From Aeropyrum pernix K1 (GTDB taxonomy: Archaea; Thermoproteota; Thermoprotei_A; Sulfolobales; Acidilobaceae): 32,000 bases of DNA. Numbering within the stretch: the first letter of the stretch is position 1; every line of letters begins with the position of its first letter. This document shows positions 17,051 through 24,492 of the stretch, piece after piece. The notes beneath the pieces are model-generated. The model was not told the DNA's origin. It saw nothing but the letters and a program-made list of their open reading frames with translations, and made no database searches. The stretch is from NCBI RefSeq assembly GCF_000011125.1, contig NC_000854.2, forward strand, positions 90,001 to 122,000, read 5' to 3'. A program made the translations under genes and the position numbers.

Positions 17051-17731
17051 TTACTTGCCGTTGCCCTCCGAGGTCCTCTCTCCCTGAGCTGCCACCTTCT
17101 CGAAGGATGGCAGGTCTGGGAAGTGCTCCTTCAGCCTCTGCTCGGCCACTATGCTGGCGTCCTTCAGTATCTTGCTCGCCTCCTCTGAGACGTAGGCATT
17201 GTCTAGCGCTATGGGTACGTGGGCGGTCATCTGCATCATGGCTGCCTGGAGGCTTTCGTCCACTTCCATTAGTTCTGTGAACACGTCAGGCATCATGCCC
17301 TTCAGATGGCCCGCAACCTGTTTCAGGGCCACTATGGCTGGGGCTAGAGTCGCATTTACATCTCCAAACACCATGGCAGTCTCTAGCCTTAGCCTCACCC
17401 TCTCGAGAGCGTACCTTACTGTTATTATAACCTTGGCCATCTTCCTGACTTCGGCTAGCTCGTTGGCATACATTGTAGCCTTGCTCTTATCACCCTCAAC
17501 CAGGGAGTTAACCACCTTCTCAAACAGCATCTTGTCATAGCTCTGCAGCTTTGCTAGGCTGTAGTCAAGCTTGCTTATCTGCCCCTGTATCCTGTAGACA
17601 GCCTGTATTATCTGGTTTCTTATGGGCGGCGGAGGGCTTATGAAGTTCCTCAGCTTCTGGCCGACGGTCTCGGTTGTAGACTCCGGCGGATTCCACTTTT
17701 TAGCCCAGCTTTCCAAGCCCATGGGAGGCAC
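17051..17731 (-). CDS. cdvB: ESCRT-III (Snf7-like) cell-division protein CdvB family
   Basis: The core helices IIQAVYRIQGQISKLDYSLAKLQSYDKMLFEKVV...ANELAEVRKMAKVI...LERVRLRLET...SKILKDASIVAEQRLKEHFPDLPSF match the crenarchaeal CdvB pattern. That match includes a proline-rich MIM2-like tail. It lies divergent to cdvA. It has a GTG start at 17731 with an alternative ATG at 17722. Confidence 0.7.
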   Translation of the reverse strand: MPPMGLESWAKKWNPPESTTETVGQKLRNFISPPPPIRNQIIQAVYRIQGQISKLDYSLAKLQSYDKMLFEKVVNSLVEGDKSKATMYANELAEVRKMAKVIITVRYALERVRLRLETAMVFGDVNATLAPAIVALKQVAGHLKGMMPDVFTELMEVDESLQAAMMQMTAHVPIALDNAYVSEEASKILKDASIVAEQRLKEHFPDLPSFEKVAAQGERTSEGNGK

Positions 17732-17796
17732 CGTAGGGGGTTTAGTAGAGTGTCCCCCATAGAAGGGGAGGGCCTGTACTTCTGGGGCATGACCCG

Positions 17797-17821
17797 TTTT
17801 ATATTCCTGCGAAGTTATATC
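17797..17821 (+). promoter_or_regulatory. Two TATA-like elements (TTTTATATT and GTTATATC) in the cdvB/cdvA divergent region
   Basis: They are the only A/T-rich elements in the 122-bp divergent intergenic region. They lie 57 and 40 nt upstream of the cdvA ATG. Confidence 0.35.
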
Positions 17822-17853
17822 TCGTCGAGCGCTGGAGTGTAGGGTGGATCGCT

Positions 17854-18594
17854 ATGGCTATAAAAGTTGACACATTCTATGGCGTCATCGGGAGCGAGGT
17901 TAGGGACGAGTATGAAAGGGTTGTGGGCACACTCGTCAGCTTCTCCAGTAATGTAGACGGGGAGATACAGAGTATAGAGCTGAAGATAGTCGATAGGGGT
18001 ATAGAGAGGATACCCGGAGGCCGCGTCAAGATCGTCGACGGCAAGATAGTTGTAGTCCCCGAGTGGAAATACGAGGCCACCAGGGTCATCGAGGCTCTGG
18101 AGCGGGCCTACAAGAGGAGGAGGGCGGTTGAGAACATTGCCAAGCAAAGCAGCATACCCTCCTCAATAGTGGAGAACATGAAGAGACAGCTAACGGAGGA
18201 GATAAAGAGGCTTAAGATAAAGGCGGAAGAGGCCAAAACTAGGATTAAAGAGAGAATAGCCGAGATAGATGACGAGATGCTCCACATAGCAGGGGCTACA
18301 GCTAACCTTCAGATGCTCTACTTCAGCGGAGAGATAAGTGATAGAAGCTACACAAGCGGCATGAACCATCTAAGGAAGCTCAACGACTCCCTTGAGAGGG
18401 AGAAGAGTGACGCAAAGAGGGTGCTAGATAAGCTCGAGAAGACGTATGAGGCGGCTACAAACGTCCTCGAAGCACCAGCACCTTCCAAGCCCGAGGGCGA
18501 GAAGAGTATCCAGGCTAAGGGCGAGAAGCAGGGGCCAGGCAAGGCACCCGAAAAGAGAGACGGAGAGCTAATAGTCAAGATAGAGGAAGCTTAA
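17854..18594 (+). CDS. cdvA: Cell-division protein CdvA (PRC-barrel plus coiled-coil plus C-terminal ESCRT-III-binding tail)
   Basis: The N-terminal PRC-barrel-like region is VIGSEVRDEYERVVGTLVSF...RIPGGRVKIVDGKIVVVPEW. A long coiled-coil follows, then a Pro/Lys/Glu-rich linker and a short hydrophobic C-terminal strand (GELIVKIEEA), as in the CdvA E3B peptide. Confidence 0.75.
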   Translation: MAIKVDTFYGVIGSEVRDEYERVVGTLVSFSSNVDGEIQSIELKIVDRGIERIPGGRVKIVDGKIVVVPEWKYEATRVIEALERAYKRRRAVENIAKQSSIPSSIVENMKRQLTEEIKRLKIKAEEAKTRIKERIAEIDDEMLHIAGATANLQMLYFSGEISDRSYTSGMNHLRKLNDSLEREKSDAKRVLDKLEKTYEAATNVLEAPAPSKPEGEKSIQAKGEKQGPGKAPEKRDGELIVKIEEA

Positions 18595-18686
18595 TAGACA
18601 CTCGGCAACAGGGACATGTAGAGTAAAAAAAGGTAGTGTACAGCATTTGAATTAAACACAGCACCGGTAAACACAAACAAAATCAG

Positions 18687-18699
18687 TTTTAAATATATA
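18687..18699. promoter_or_regulatory. Strong, near-palindromic TATA-like element (TTTTAAATATATA) in a convergent intergenic region
   Basis: It lies between the 3' ends of cdvA and proC, where no mRNA promoter is needed. See the finding on a candidate ncRNA. Confidence 0.35.
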
Positions 18700-18843
18700 C
18701 ATGGAGCGGGAATGTATTTCACAATAACACTAGGAGCTCTCCATATGTAGAGTACCTTTTTAGTAAGAAGGTAAGTGGATTCATGACCGTTATGGTATCT
18801 ATGTTAGATGTGATGCGTTATACAGTAGCTTTTGCACCTGCAT

Positions 18844-19683
18844 CTACCGCAGGTTGAGACTTCTTCTAACTTCATTATCAATAGCCTCTCCAATAGCTGC
18901 CGCCCGTCTAGCAGCTGCTTCGACCGTACGTATTAGAGCGGCGTCGACGCCCTCCCCCTCAATAACCTTGAGGCCTTCTATAGTGGTACCTGCCGGGGTT
19001 GTAACCTCATCCCTAAGGACGGACGGATGTATATCCCTTTTACCTAGATGCTCTGCTGTAGCCCCTAAAGTATCTATTACAGCTTTAAAGGCGACCTCCC
19101 TAGGCAGGCCAGCCGAGACTCCGCCCAAGGTTAGAGAGTCTATCATAACCGCCACATAGGCGGGCATACTCCCCACAAGGGCGGTCCACACGTCCATCCA
19201 CTCCTCCGGTATCCAGTAAACGCTTCCCATACAGGAGAGTATTGACTCGACAAAGGAGGCACGCTTGTCTCCTGTATACTCAGCAACTGCAGTTGTGCTC
19301 CTCCCTATGAGAGCGTTTATGTTTGGCATTGCCCTATAGACATGGCTTCCCTCCAAGGCTCGGGAAAGGGTCGAAAGTCTTACTCCGGCCACTACACTTA
19401 CAACTATCTTCCCCTCCATCACATCCCGGATCTCCTCAAGGAGGCGCGGTAGCTGGTAGGGTTTTACACTAAGTATAACAACGTCAGAAACCTTAGCCGC
19501 TAGCCTGTTGTCAACAGTCGCCTCAGCCCCTAAGCGTGAAATCCTCTCGAGAGTTTCCCTCCGCCTACCAGTGCCTGTAACGACCGCGCCACAGCTGAGT
19601 AGCGACTTGACTATTGCACCGCCTATTTTTCCTACGCCAAGCACAGCTACTCTCAGACCCTTAGGGACCGCCCCAGTCTTCAA
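18844..19683 (-). CDS. proC: Pyrroline-5-carboxylate reductase
   Basis: It has the Rossmann motif VAVLGVGKIGGAIVKSLL, plus LSVKPYQLPRLLEEI, RAMPNINALIG, the C-terminal VTTPAGTTIEGL and a dimerisation domain. Confidence 0.85.
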   Translation of the reverse strand: MKTGAVPKGLRVAVLGVGKIGGAIVKSLLSCGAVVTGTGRRRETLERISRLGAEATVDNRLAAKVSDVVILSVKPYQLPRLLEEIRDVMEGKIVVSVVAGVRLSTLSRALEGSHVYRAMPNINALIGRSTTAVAEYTGDKRASFVESILSCMGSVYWIPEEWMDVWTALVGSMPAYVAVMIDSLTLGGVSAGLPREVAFKAVIDTLGATAEHLGKRDIHPSVLRDEVTTPAGTTIEGLKVIEGEGVDAALIRTVEAAARRAAAIGEAIDNEVRRSLNLR

Positions 19684-19784
19684 CCGGGATCACCAAGGCT
19701 ACTGCCTGGCCTACGCAGGGCCTTCCAGAATCTATAATATTAGGCTGTACAGCTGAGCTATAACTAAATCTGGGGATACTGTAG

Positions 19785-20336
19785 TTGGAGTCCAGCCTAA
19801 CTTTTCTGCTGCTTCCCGTAGGATTCCCTGGTGAGGTCCTCGTAACCCTTGCGCGACGGGCTAGAGAGGCGATGCCGGTCCCCTCATTATGGCTAGCCTC
19901 CACAGACCCGCTGGAGCCGCCTATTGAGGCTTATAGCTGGGAGCGGATGCAGTTTGACGCTGAGAAAGTTAACGAGCATATCCACAGCGTGTTATACGAT
20001 TATGTTAGAGAGGGTATCCGCATAATAGGTGTGGTCGACGCCGACGGTTACATACCTGGGTTTAACTTCGTTTTCGGTCTTGCCAGCACAGCCCTAGGAG
20101 TAGCAACAGTTTATACTAGGAGGTTGAAAACAGGAGGAAACGGGCTCTACACGGAGAGGCTGCTTAAGGAGGTGTTACACGAGGCTGGCCACCTACTAGG
20201 GTTAGATCATTGTAGCAATCGAGAGTGTGTAATGAGTTTTAGCCGAAGCGTGGAGGAGGTGGATCGGAAAGCACCACTATTCTGCAGCTCTTGTAAGGCT
20301 AAGCTCGTGCTCAAATACGGATCAAGAGGCCAGTAA
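19785..20336 (+). CDS. amzA: Archaemetzincin (zinc metalloprotease AmzA)
   Basis: It has the extended metzincin motif HEAGHLLGLDHC followed by the Cys4 zinc finger residues (CSNRECVMSF ... CSSCKAKL). Length is about 180 aa. Confidence 0.85.
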   Translation: MESSLTFLLLPVGFPGEVLVTLARRAREAMPVPSLWLASTDPLEPPIEAYSWERMQFDAEKVNEHIHSVLYDYVREGIRIIGVVDADGYIPGFNFVFGLASTALGVATVYTRRLKTGGNGLYTERLLKEVLHEAGHLLGLDHCSNRECVMSFSRSVEEVDRKAPLFCSSCKAKLVLKYGSRGQ

Positions 20337-20339
20337 TGC

Positions 20340-20774
20340 CTATATGTCTACGACGAACTGGACCCTCCAACATCCGTTCTCCTCCTTTATCTCCATGTCA
20401 GCGTACGTCATGGCTTTCACAATAGTCCTGTGTTCATGTCTAGACGGATCGAACTCCTCACCCCATGCACTAGCCACAATGCTACACGATTCTCCGTTAC
20501 ACTCTATTTTGCAAACTCTGAAGAGGCCGAATACAAGTCCCTCGGAGTCAGTATATGCTATGAGATTTTCAATAAACCTGTAGAGAAGGTTCTCGAGGTC
20601 TATACCCTCAATACTAGCATCTACCCTTCTCCTCGGTTCAACCCTGGAAGTGTCGGTGACGACCTCATATACTCCGCGGGCTGCATTCTCAAACGCCTCT
20701 TCAAGAGTCCTGCCATAAGCTATTACGAGGACGTCGGCCGTGTGCTCCTCGTGCATCCAGCCTCCGCACTGCAT
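20340..20774 (-). CDS. Archease (RtcB tRNA-ligase cofactor)
   Basis: HEEHTADVLVIAYGRTLEEAFENAARG...VKAMTYADMEI...WRVQFVVDI is the archease signature. The 189-aa track ORF (to 20909) is over-extended. I place the start at Met46 (20774) or Met52 (20756), just before the EHTADV motif. Confidence 0.8.
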   Translation of the reverse strand: MQCGGWMHEEHTADVLVIAYGRTLEEAFENAARGVYEVVTDTSRVEPRRRVDASIEGIDLENLLYRFIENLIAYTDSEGLVFGLFRVCKIECNGESCSIVASAWGEEFDPSRHEHRTIVKAMTYADMEIKEENGCWRVQFVVDI

Positions 20775-20844
20775 TTTAGCGCCACCCGCTAGAACATTAA
20801 TAATCTGTAGGGCTAAAGAGCTGAACATAGGTGTATCGTCGGGC

Positions 20845-21534
20845 TTGGGCAAGGGTTCTATCAGGGATAAGATAAGCGGTGAAGAGCTGCTGAGGCTACT
20901 ACGCGACAACCTCAGGGTAGACTGGAGGGAATACGTGGCTCTCGTTGCTTACGAAACGGACGGGAACCCTTTCGCAGTGCTCGCTGCAGTAGTGCTAAGC
21001 CAGAATACTAACGATAAAAACAGTATAAGAGCATATTTGAAGCTCCGTCAGACCATCGGAGTCACGCCAGAAGCTATACTGGAGGCCAGCTACGACGATC
21101 TAGTCGAGGCAATTAGGGAGGCTGGCCTTCCCAGGCAGAAGGCATCTGCTCTCAAGGCTCTCGCCGAGGCTGTGGTTAGGTGGGGCGGTGAGAATTATCT
21201 TCTCAAGGCCCCTCCCGAAGAGCTGAGGGAGAAGCTCATGTCTATACGCGGTATAGGGCCGAAAACTGCAGATGTTTTCCTCAGCCTCGTCAGGAAGGCG
21301 CCCGGTGTTTTTGCGGTGGACACCCATGCGGCCAGAGTCGCGAGGAGATGGGGCCTAGTGGGTGAGAAGGCGGGGTATGATGAAATATCCAAAGCTCTCT
21401 ACAACTATTTCGGGCCGGGTAATAGTGAAGAGGCACACAGGCTTATCATAGCCCTAGGCCGAACTTACTGTAAAGCTAGGAGGCCGAGGTGCAGGGAGTG
21501 TCCTCTGAGGAGCGTATGTCCGAGTGCCCAGTAG
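20845..21534 (+). CDS. nth: Endonuclease III (HhH-GPD DNA glycosylase with a 4Fe-4S cluster)
   Basis: It has the HhH motif LMSIRGIGPKTADVFL, the catalytic VDTH, and the FCL cluster CKARRPRCRECPLRSVC (C-x6-C-x2-C-x5-C). The track ORF from 20740 is over-extended. By eye alignment to E. coli Nth, the TTG at 20845 gives a normal N-terminus. Confidence 0.85.
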   Translation: MGKGSIRDKISGEELLRLLRDNLRVDWREYVALVAYETDGNPFAVLAAVVLSQNTNDKNSIRAYLKLRQTIGVTPEAILEASYDDLVEAIREAGLPRQKASALKALAEAVVRWGGENYLLKAPPEELREKLMSIRGIGPKTADVFLSLVRKAPGVFAVDTHAARVARRWGLVGEKAGYDEISKALYNYFGPGNSEEAHRLIIALGRTYCKARRPRCRECPLRSVCPSAQ

Positions 21535-22055
21535 CCCTGGTGGTGGCGCAGCCGCGGAGGCACACCTGGGCTCTTGAGGAGGCTTGGGATCTAGCTGTCA
21601 GCATAGACCCGGAGACTTCGAGAGCTGTGGAGACGGGCTATCCGGGTGTTATACTGATATACTCGGGAAGGGCGGCGCCGCTGGATGTTGCAAGGAGGGC
21701 TATTGCTGTCGAGCTAGGGTTTATACAGAGGGTGGTACCGGCGGTCATATGCGGGAGGATTAGGGAATCCCGTGAGGCCTATAGCATGTTCGAGACCGCC
21801 CTAAAAATCCTACCTGCGGGTGTCGGGAAGGTACTGTTCATTTCGTCCCTCAGGGGCTCCAGTAAGGATATGGTCGATGTGGCAAGGTTGAGCGAGATAC
21901 TGGCTAGAGCTGGTCTCAAGCCCGTTAAAAGAGGGGCCCAGGAGGTGGTTGATGTTGAGGGTGTAGACGACATACTCATAATATCCCCGGGTATTATCAG
22001 GAAGTGTGGCTTACGCTGTATAGTTGTCTATCCTGTACACACCGCCGTTAAATAG
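21489..22055 (+). CDS. Hypothetical protein (possibly a small THUMP-like RNA-binding protein)
   Basis: The ORF overlaps the nth 3' end and probably starts at the ATG at 21516. Its size of about 180 aa, GVILIYS and IQRVVPAV strands, and a C-terminal VDVEGVDDILIIS loosely resemble COG1818-type THUMP proteins. This assignment is weak. Confidence 0.3.
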   Translation: MQGVSSEERMSECPVALVVAQPRRHTWALEEAWDLAVSIDPETSRAVETGYPGVILIYSGRAAPLDVARRAIAVELGFIQRVVPAVICGRIRESREAYSMFETALKILPAGVGKVLFISSLRGSSKDMVDVARLSEILARAGLKPVKRGAQEVVDVEGVDDILIISPGIIRKCGLRCIVVYPVHTAVK

Positions 22056-22104
22056 TATTATCCTAATACTTTCGCAGTGGTAGGGAAACCGGTACTCTGG
22101 GTGT

Positions 22105-23343
22105 GTGAAAGTGCTGAGGCACGGCCTCTTTAAGGACAGGAGAGTGTTTGACGAGAACTACATACCCCCGGAACTCCGGGTTCGCCGTGGTGAAGCTGAG
22201 GCCTTAGCCAGGATATACTTGAACAGGCTCCTCTCGGGTGCTGGACTGTCCGACGTGAATATGATCTACGGTAGCATAGGCAGGGTGGGTATAGGCAAGA
22301 CCACCCTCGCTAAGTTTACGGTTAAGAGGGTCTCGGAAGCGGCTGCTAAGGAGGGTTTAACTGTCAAACAGGCATATGTGAATGCTTTCAACGCGCCGAA
22401 CCTCTACACGATTCTAAGCCTAATAGTCAGGCAGACGGGCTATCCTATACAAGTAAGGGGCGCCCCTGCCCTCGACATTCTTAAAGCGCTTGTCGACAAC
22501 CTCTATGTCGAAAACCACTATCTTCTAGTGATCCTAGACGAGTTCCAAAGCATGTTAAGTAGCCCGCGGATAGCTGCCGAGGACCTCTATACTTTACTGA
22601 GGGTCCACGAGGAAATACCCTCGAGAGATGGAGTGAACAGAATAGGATTTCTGCTTGTCGCCAGCGACGTCAGAGCCCTGAGCTATATGAGAGAGAAGAT
22701 ACCCCAAGTTGAGTCGCAGATAGGCTTCAAGCTACACCTACCCGCCTACAAGTCGCGGGAACTCTACACTATATTGGAGCAGAGGGCTGAGCTCGGCCTC
22801 AGAGATACTGTATGGGAGCCGAGGCATCTTGAGTTGATAAGCGACGTTTACGGCGAGGATAAGGGGGGAGACGGTAGCGCCAGGAGGGCTATAGTGGCGT
22901 TGAAGATGGCCTGCGAGATGGCGGAGGCTATGGGGAGGGATAGCCTTAGTGAGGACCTCGTTAGAAAAGCGGTCTCCGAGAACGAGGCGGCCAGTATACA
23001 AACCCACGAGCTTGAGGCCCTCAGCATACACGAGCTTATCATACTCAGGCTCATTGCAGAGGCTACCCTGGGTGGGATGGAATGGATAAACGCGGGGCTC
23101 CTAAGGCAACGCTACGAAGATGCTTCCTTGACCATGTATAATGTTAAGCCCAGGGGCTACACCCAGTACCATATCTACCTCAAACATTTAACCTCCCTAG
23201 GGCTCGTAGATGCTAAGCCCTCTGGCAGGGGCATGAGGGGTAGGACAACACTCTTCAGGCTAGCGCCCCACCTTCCGGCTGATAGGCTTATAGAAGTTGT
23301 GGACAACATAATACAGGCTAAAATGGCCTCAGGCTACGAGTAA
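22105..23343 (+). CDS. cdc6: Orc1/Cdc6 replication initiator (ORC2-type paralogue)
   Basis: It has Walker A GRVGIGKTTLAK, Walker B LLVILDEFQ, sensor and arginine segments, and a C-terminal winged helix (GRTTLFRL). The sequence MKVLRHGLFKDRRVFDENYIPPELRVRRGEAEAL matches my memory of Aeropyrum pernix ORC2. It has a GTG start. Confidence 0.95.
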   Translation: MKVLRHGLFKDRRVFDENYIPPELRVRRGEAEALARIYLNRLLSGAGLSDVNMIYGSIGRVGIGKTTLAKFTVKRVSEAAAKEGLTVKQAYVNAFNAPNLYTILSLIVRQTGYPIQVRGAPALDILKALVDNLYVENHYLLVILDEFQSMLSSPRIAAEDLYTLLRVHEEIPSRDGVNRIGFLLVASDVRALSYMREKIPQVESQIGFKLHLPAYKSRELYTILEQRAELGLRDTVWEPRHLELISDVYGEDKGGDGSARRAIVALKMACEMAEAMGRDSLSEDLVRKAVSENEAASIQTHELEALSIHELIILRLIAEATLGGMEWINAGLLRQRYEDASLTMYNVKPRGYTQYHIYLKHLTSLGLVDAKPSGRGMRGRTTLFRLAPHLPADRLIEVVDNIIQAKMASGYE

Positions 23344-23363
23344 CTCACACGCCCGGTGAGGCA

Positions 23364-23633
23364 GTGATGGTTAAACTTGAGGATATAATCTCGAGCAGGG
23401 GGAAGCTTAAAATACTTAAGGTACTATTCCGGAGGGGGCAAGCAAACATAACATTGATAGTAAGGGAGACCGGCCTTCATCACAGGCTTGTTTCGAAGCA
23501 TATAGAGGAGTTGAAAACCGCGAACATCGTAGGGGAGCGCCGCTACGGCCGCCTCAGGATAATCTATATAAACTATGGAGAGCCTAAAGCGAGGATTCTA
23601 AGGGATATAGTCAAGACGCTCGATATTTCTTGA
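23364..23633 (+). CDS. Small winged-helix (ArsR-like) DNA-binding protein
   Basis: It is 89 aa. KLKILKVLFRRGQANITLIVRETGLHHRLVSKHIEELKTANIV is a classic HTH plus recognition helix followed by a wing. It begins 20 nt after the orc stop. Confidence 0.6.
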   Translation: MMVKLEDIISSRGKLKILKVLFRRGQANITLIVRETGLHHRLVSKHIEELKTANIVGERRYGRLRIIYINYGEPKARILRDIVKTLDIS

Positions 23634-24369
23634 CCGCCTTCCTGATAGTATCAACAAGAAGCTTTACGTAGTTCTCATCACTCACTGCGACCCCCTTCAC
23701 CCCCGAAGTACCGCCTGGAAATAGGAATATGGCGCGTCCAGAGGTCACTAGCGAATCGGGGAGCGGGAGTTCCAGCCGAACTAATTCGACACCCTCTACA
23801 CTGATCTTTAAGTCGGCGCCTGCCGTGTTTGAAATTAGTATCAGAGCCTCCTTACCGAGCTTCACCGCTTCAGAAGCAACCGTCTCCACTATACTCTCAT
23901 ATCGGTGAAGCACGTTGAGGACGGTTATGTAGACGAAACCACTGTCACGTAACGCATCCACTGCGAGGCTGATAGCCTGGTACGGGCTGTCAAGGTAGAG
24001 TGGCTCGGTAACCCGCTCCCGAGAGGCGATCTCTCTCTCAAGTAGCTCAGCAGCCTCCAAAACCTTTAGCGCCCTGCTCCTAGACTCCTCCTCTATCCTA
24101 GCTATCTCAGCCACAGCAGCAGCCCTAGGAGGAACGTATCGGTACCATCCTTCGCTAGAAGGGACTGCGAGTCCTTTGGATTCGAGGACTCGTATAACGT
24201 CGTATACCCTCGGCAAGGGGACGCCGCTCATCGCGCTGGCCTCCTTGGGAGATGAAGCACCCTTTAGTAGTGCTAGATAAATTTTGGCTTCGTAAGCCGT
24301 GAGTCTGAAGCTCCTCTGGAGCAGAGATACCAGGTCCTCTTCGCTCTTACCTTCCAAGCCTTGCCACAC
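23611..24369 (-). CDS. TrmB-family transcriptional regulator
   Basis: The N-terminal wHTH is LTAYEAKIYLALLKGASSPKEASAMSGVPLPRVYDVIRVLESKGL. A coiled-coil and a C-terminal effector-like domain follow. It has a GTG start. Confidence 0.8.
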   Translation of the reverse strand: MWQGLEGKSEEDLVSLLQRSFRLTAYEAKIYLALLKGASSPKEASAMSGVPLPRVYDVIRVLESKGLAVPSSEGWYRYVPPRAAAVAEIARIEEESRSRALKVLEAAELLEREIASRERVTEPLYLDSPYQAISLAVDALRDSGFVYITVLNVLHRYESIVETVASEAVKLGKEALILISNTAGADLKISVEGVELVRLELPLPDSLVTSGRAIFLFPGGTSGVKGVAVSDENYVKLLVDTIRKAVKKYRAS

Positions 24370-24492
24370 CTACTTCCAAATAGTAGGCCTAATCATGCCC
24401 CCAAGCCGGTTAGACGCTATAACGCCATATATACAAGTTCTACCTAGAAGGCTAATAAGGGGGTCCTGAACGCAGATTCACCGATTTTTATA

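Noticed and set aside
20740-20909. An apparent 170-bp coding overlap between the divergent archease (189-aa ORF) and endonuclease III (264-aa ORF).
   Set aside because: Both track ORFs are over-extended. The conserved archease N-terminus (EHTADV) begins just after internal Mets at 20774 or 20756, and Nth homology begins just after a TTG at 20845. This leaves a normal divergent promoter spacer of about 70 bp with an A/T-rich core (CATTAATAATC).
22056-22104. A replication origin immediately upstream of orc1/cdc6.
   Set aside because: The spacer is only 49 bp and has a single degenerate ORB-like element. There is no extended AT-rich unwinding region and no repeated ORBs. It is kept only as a possible autoregulatory site (see findings).
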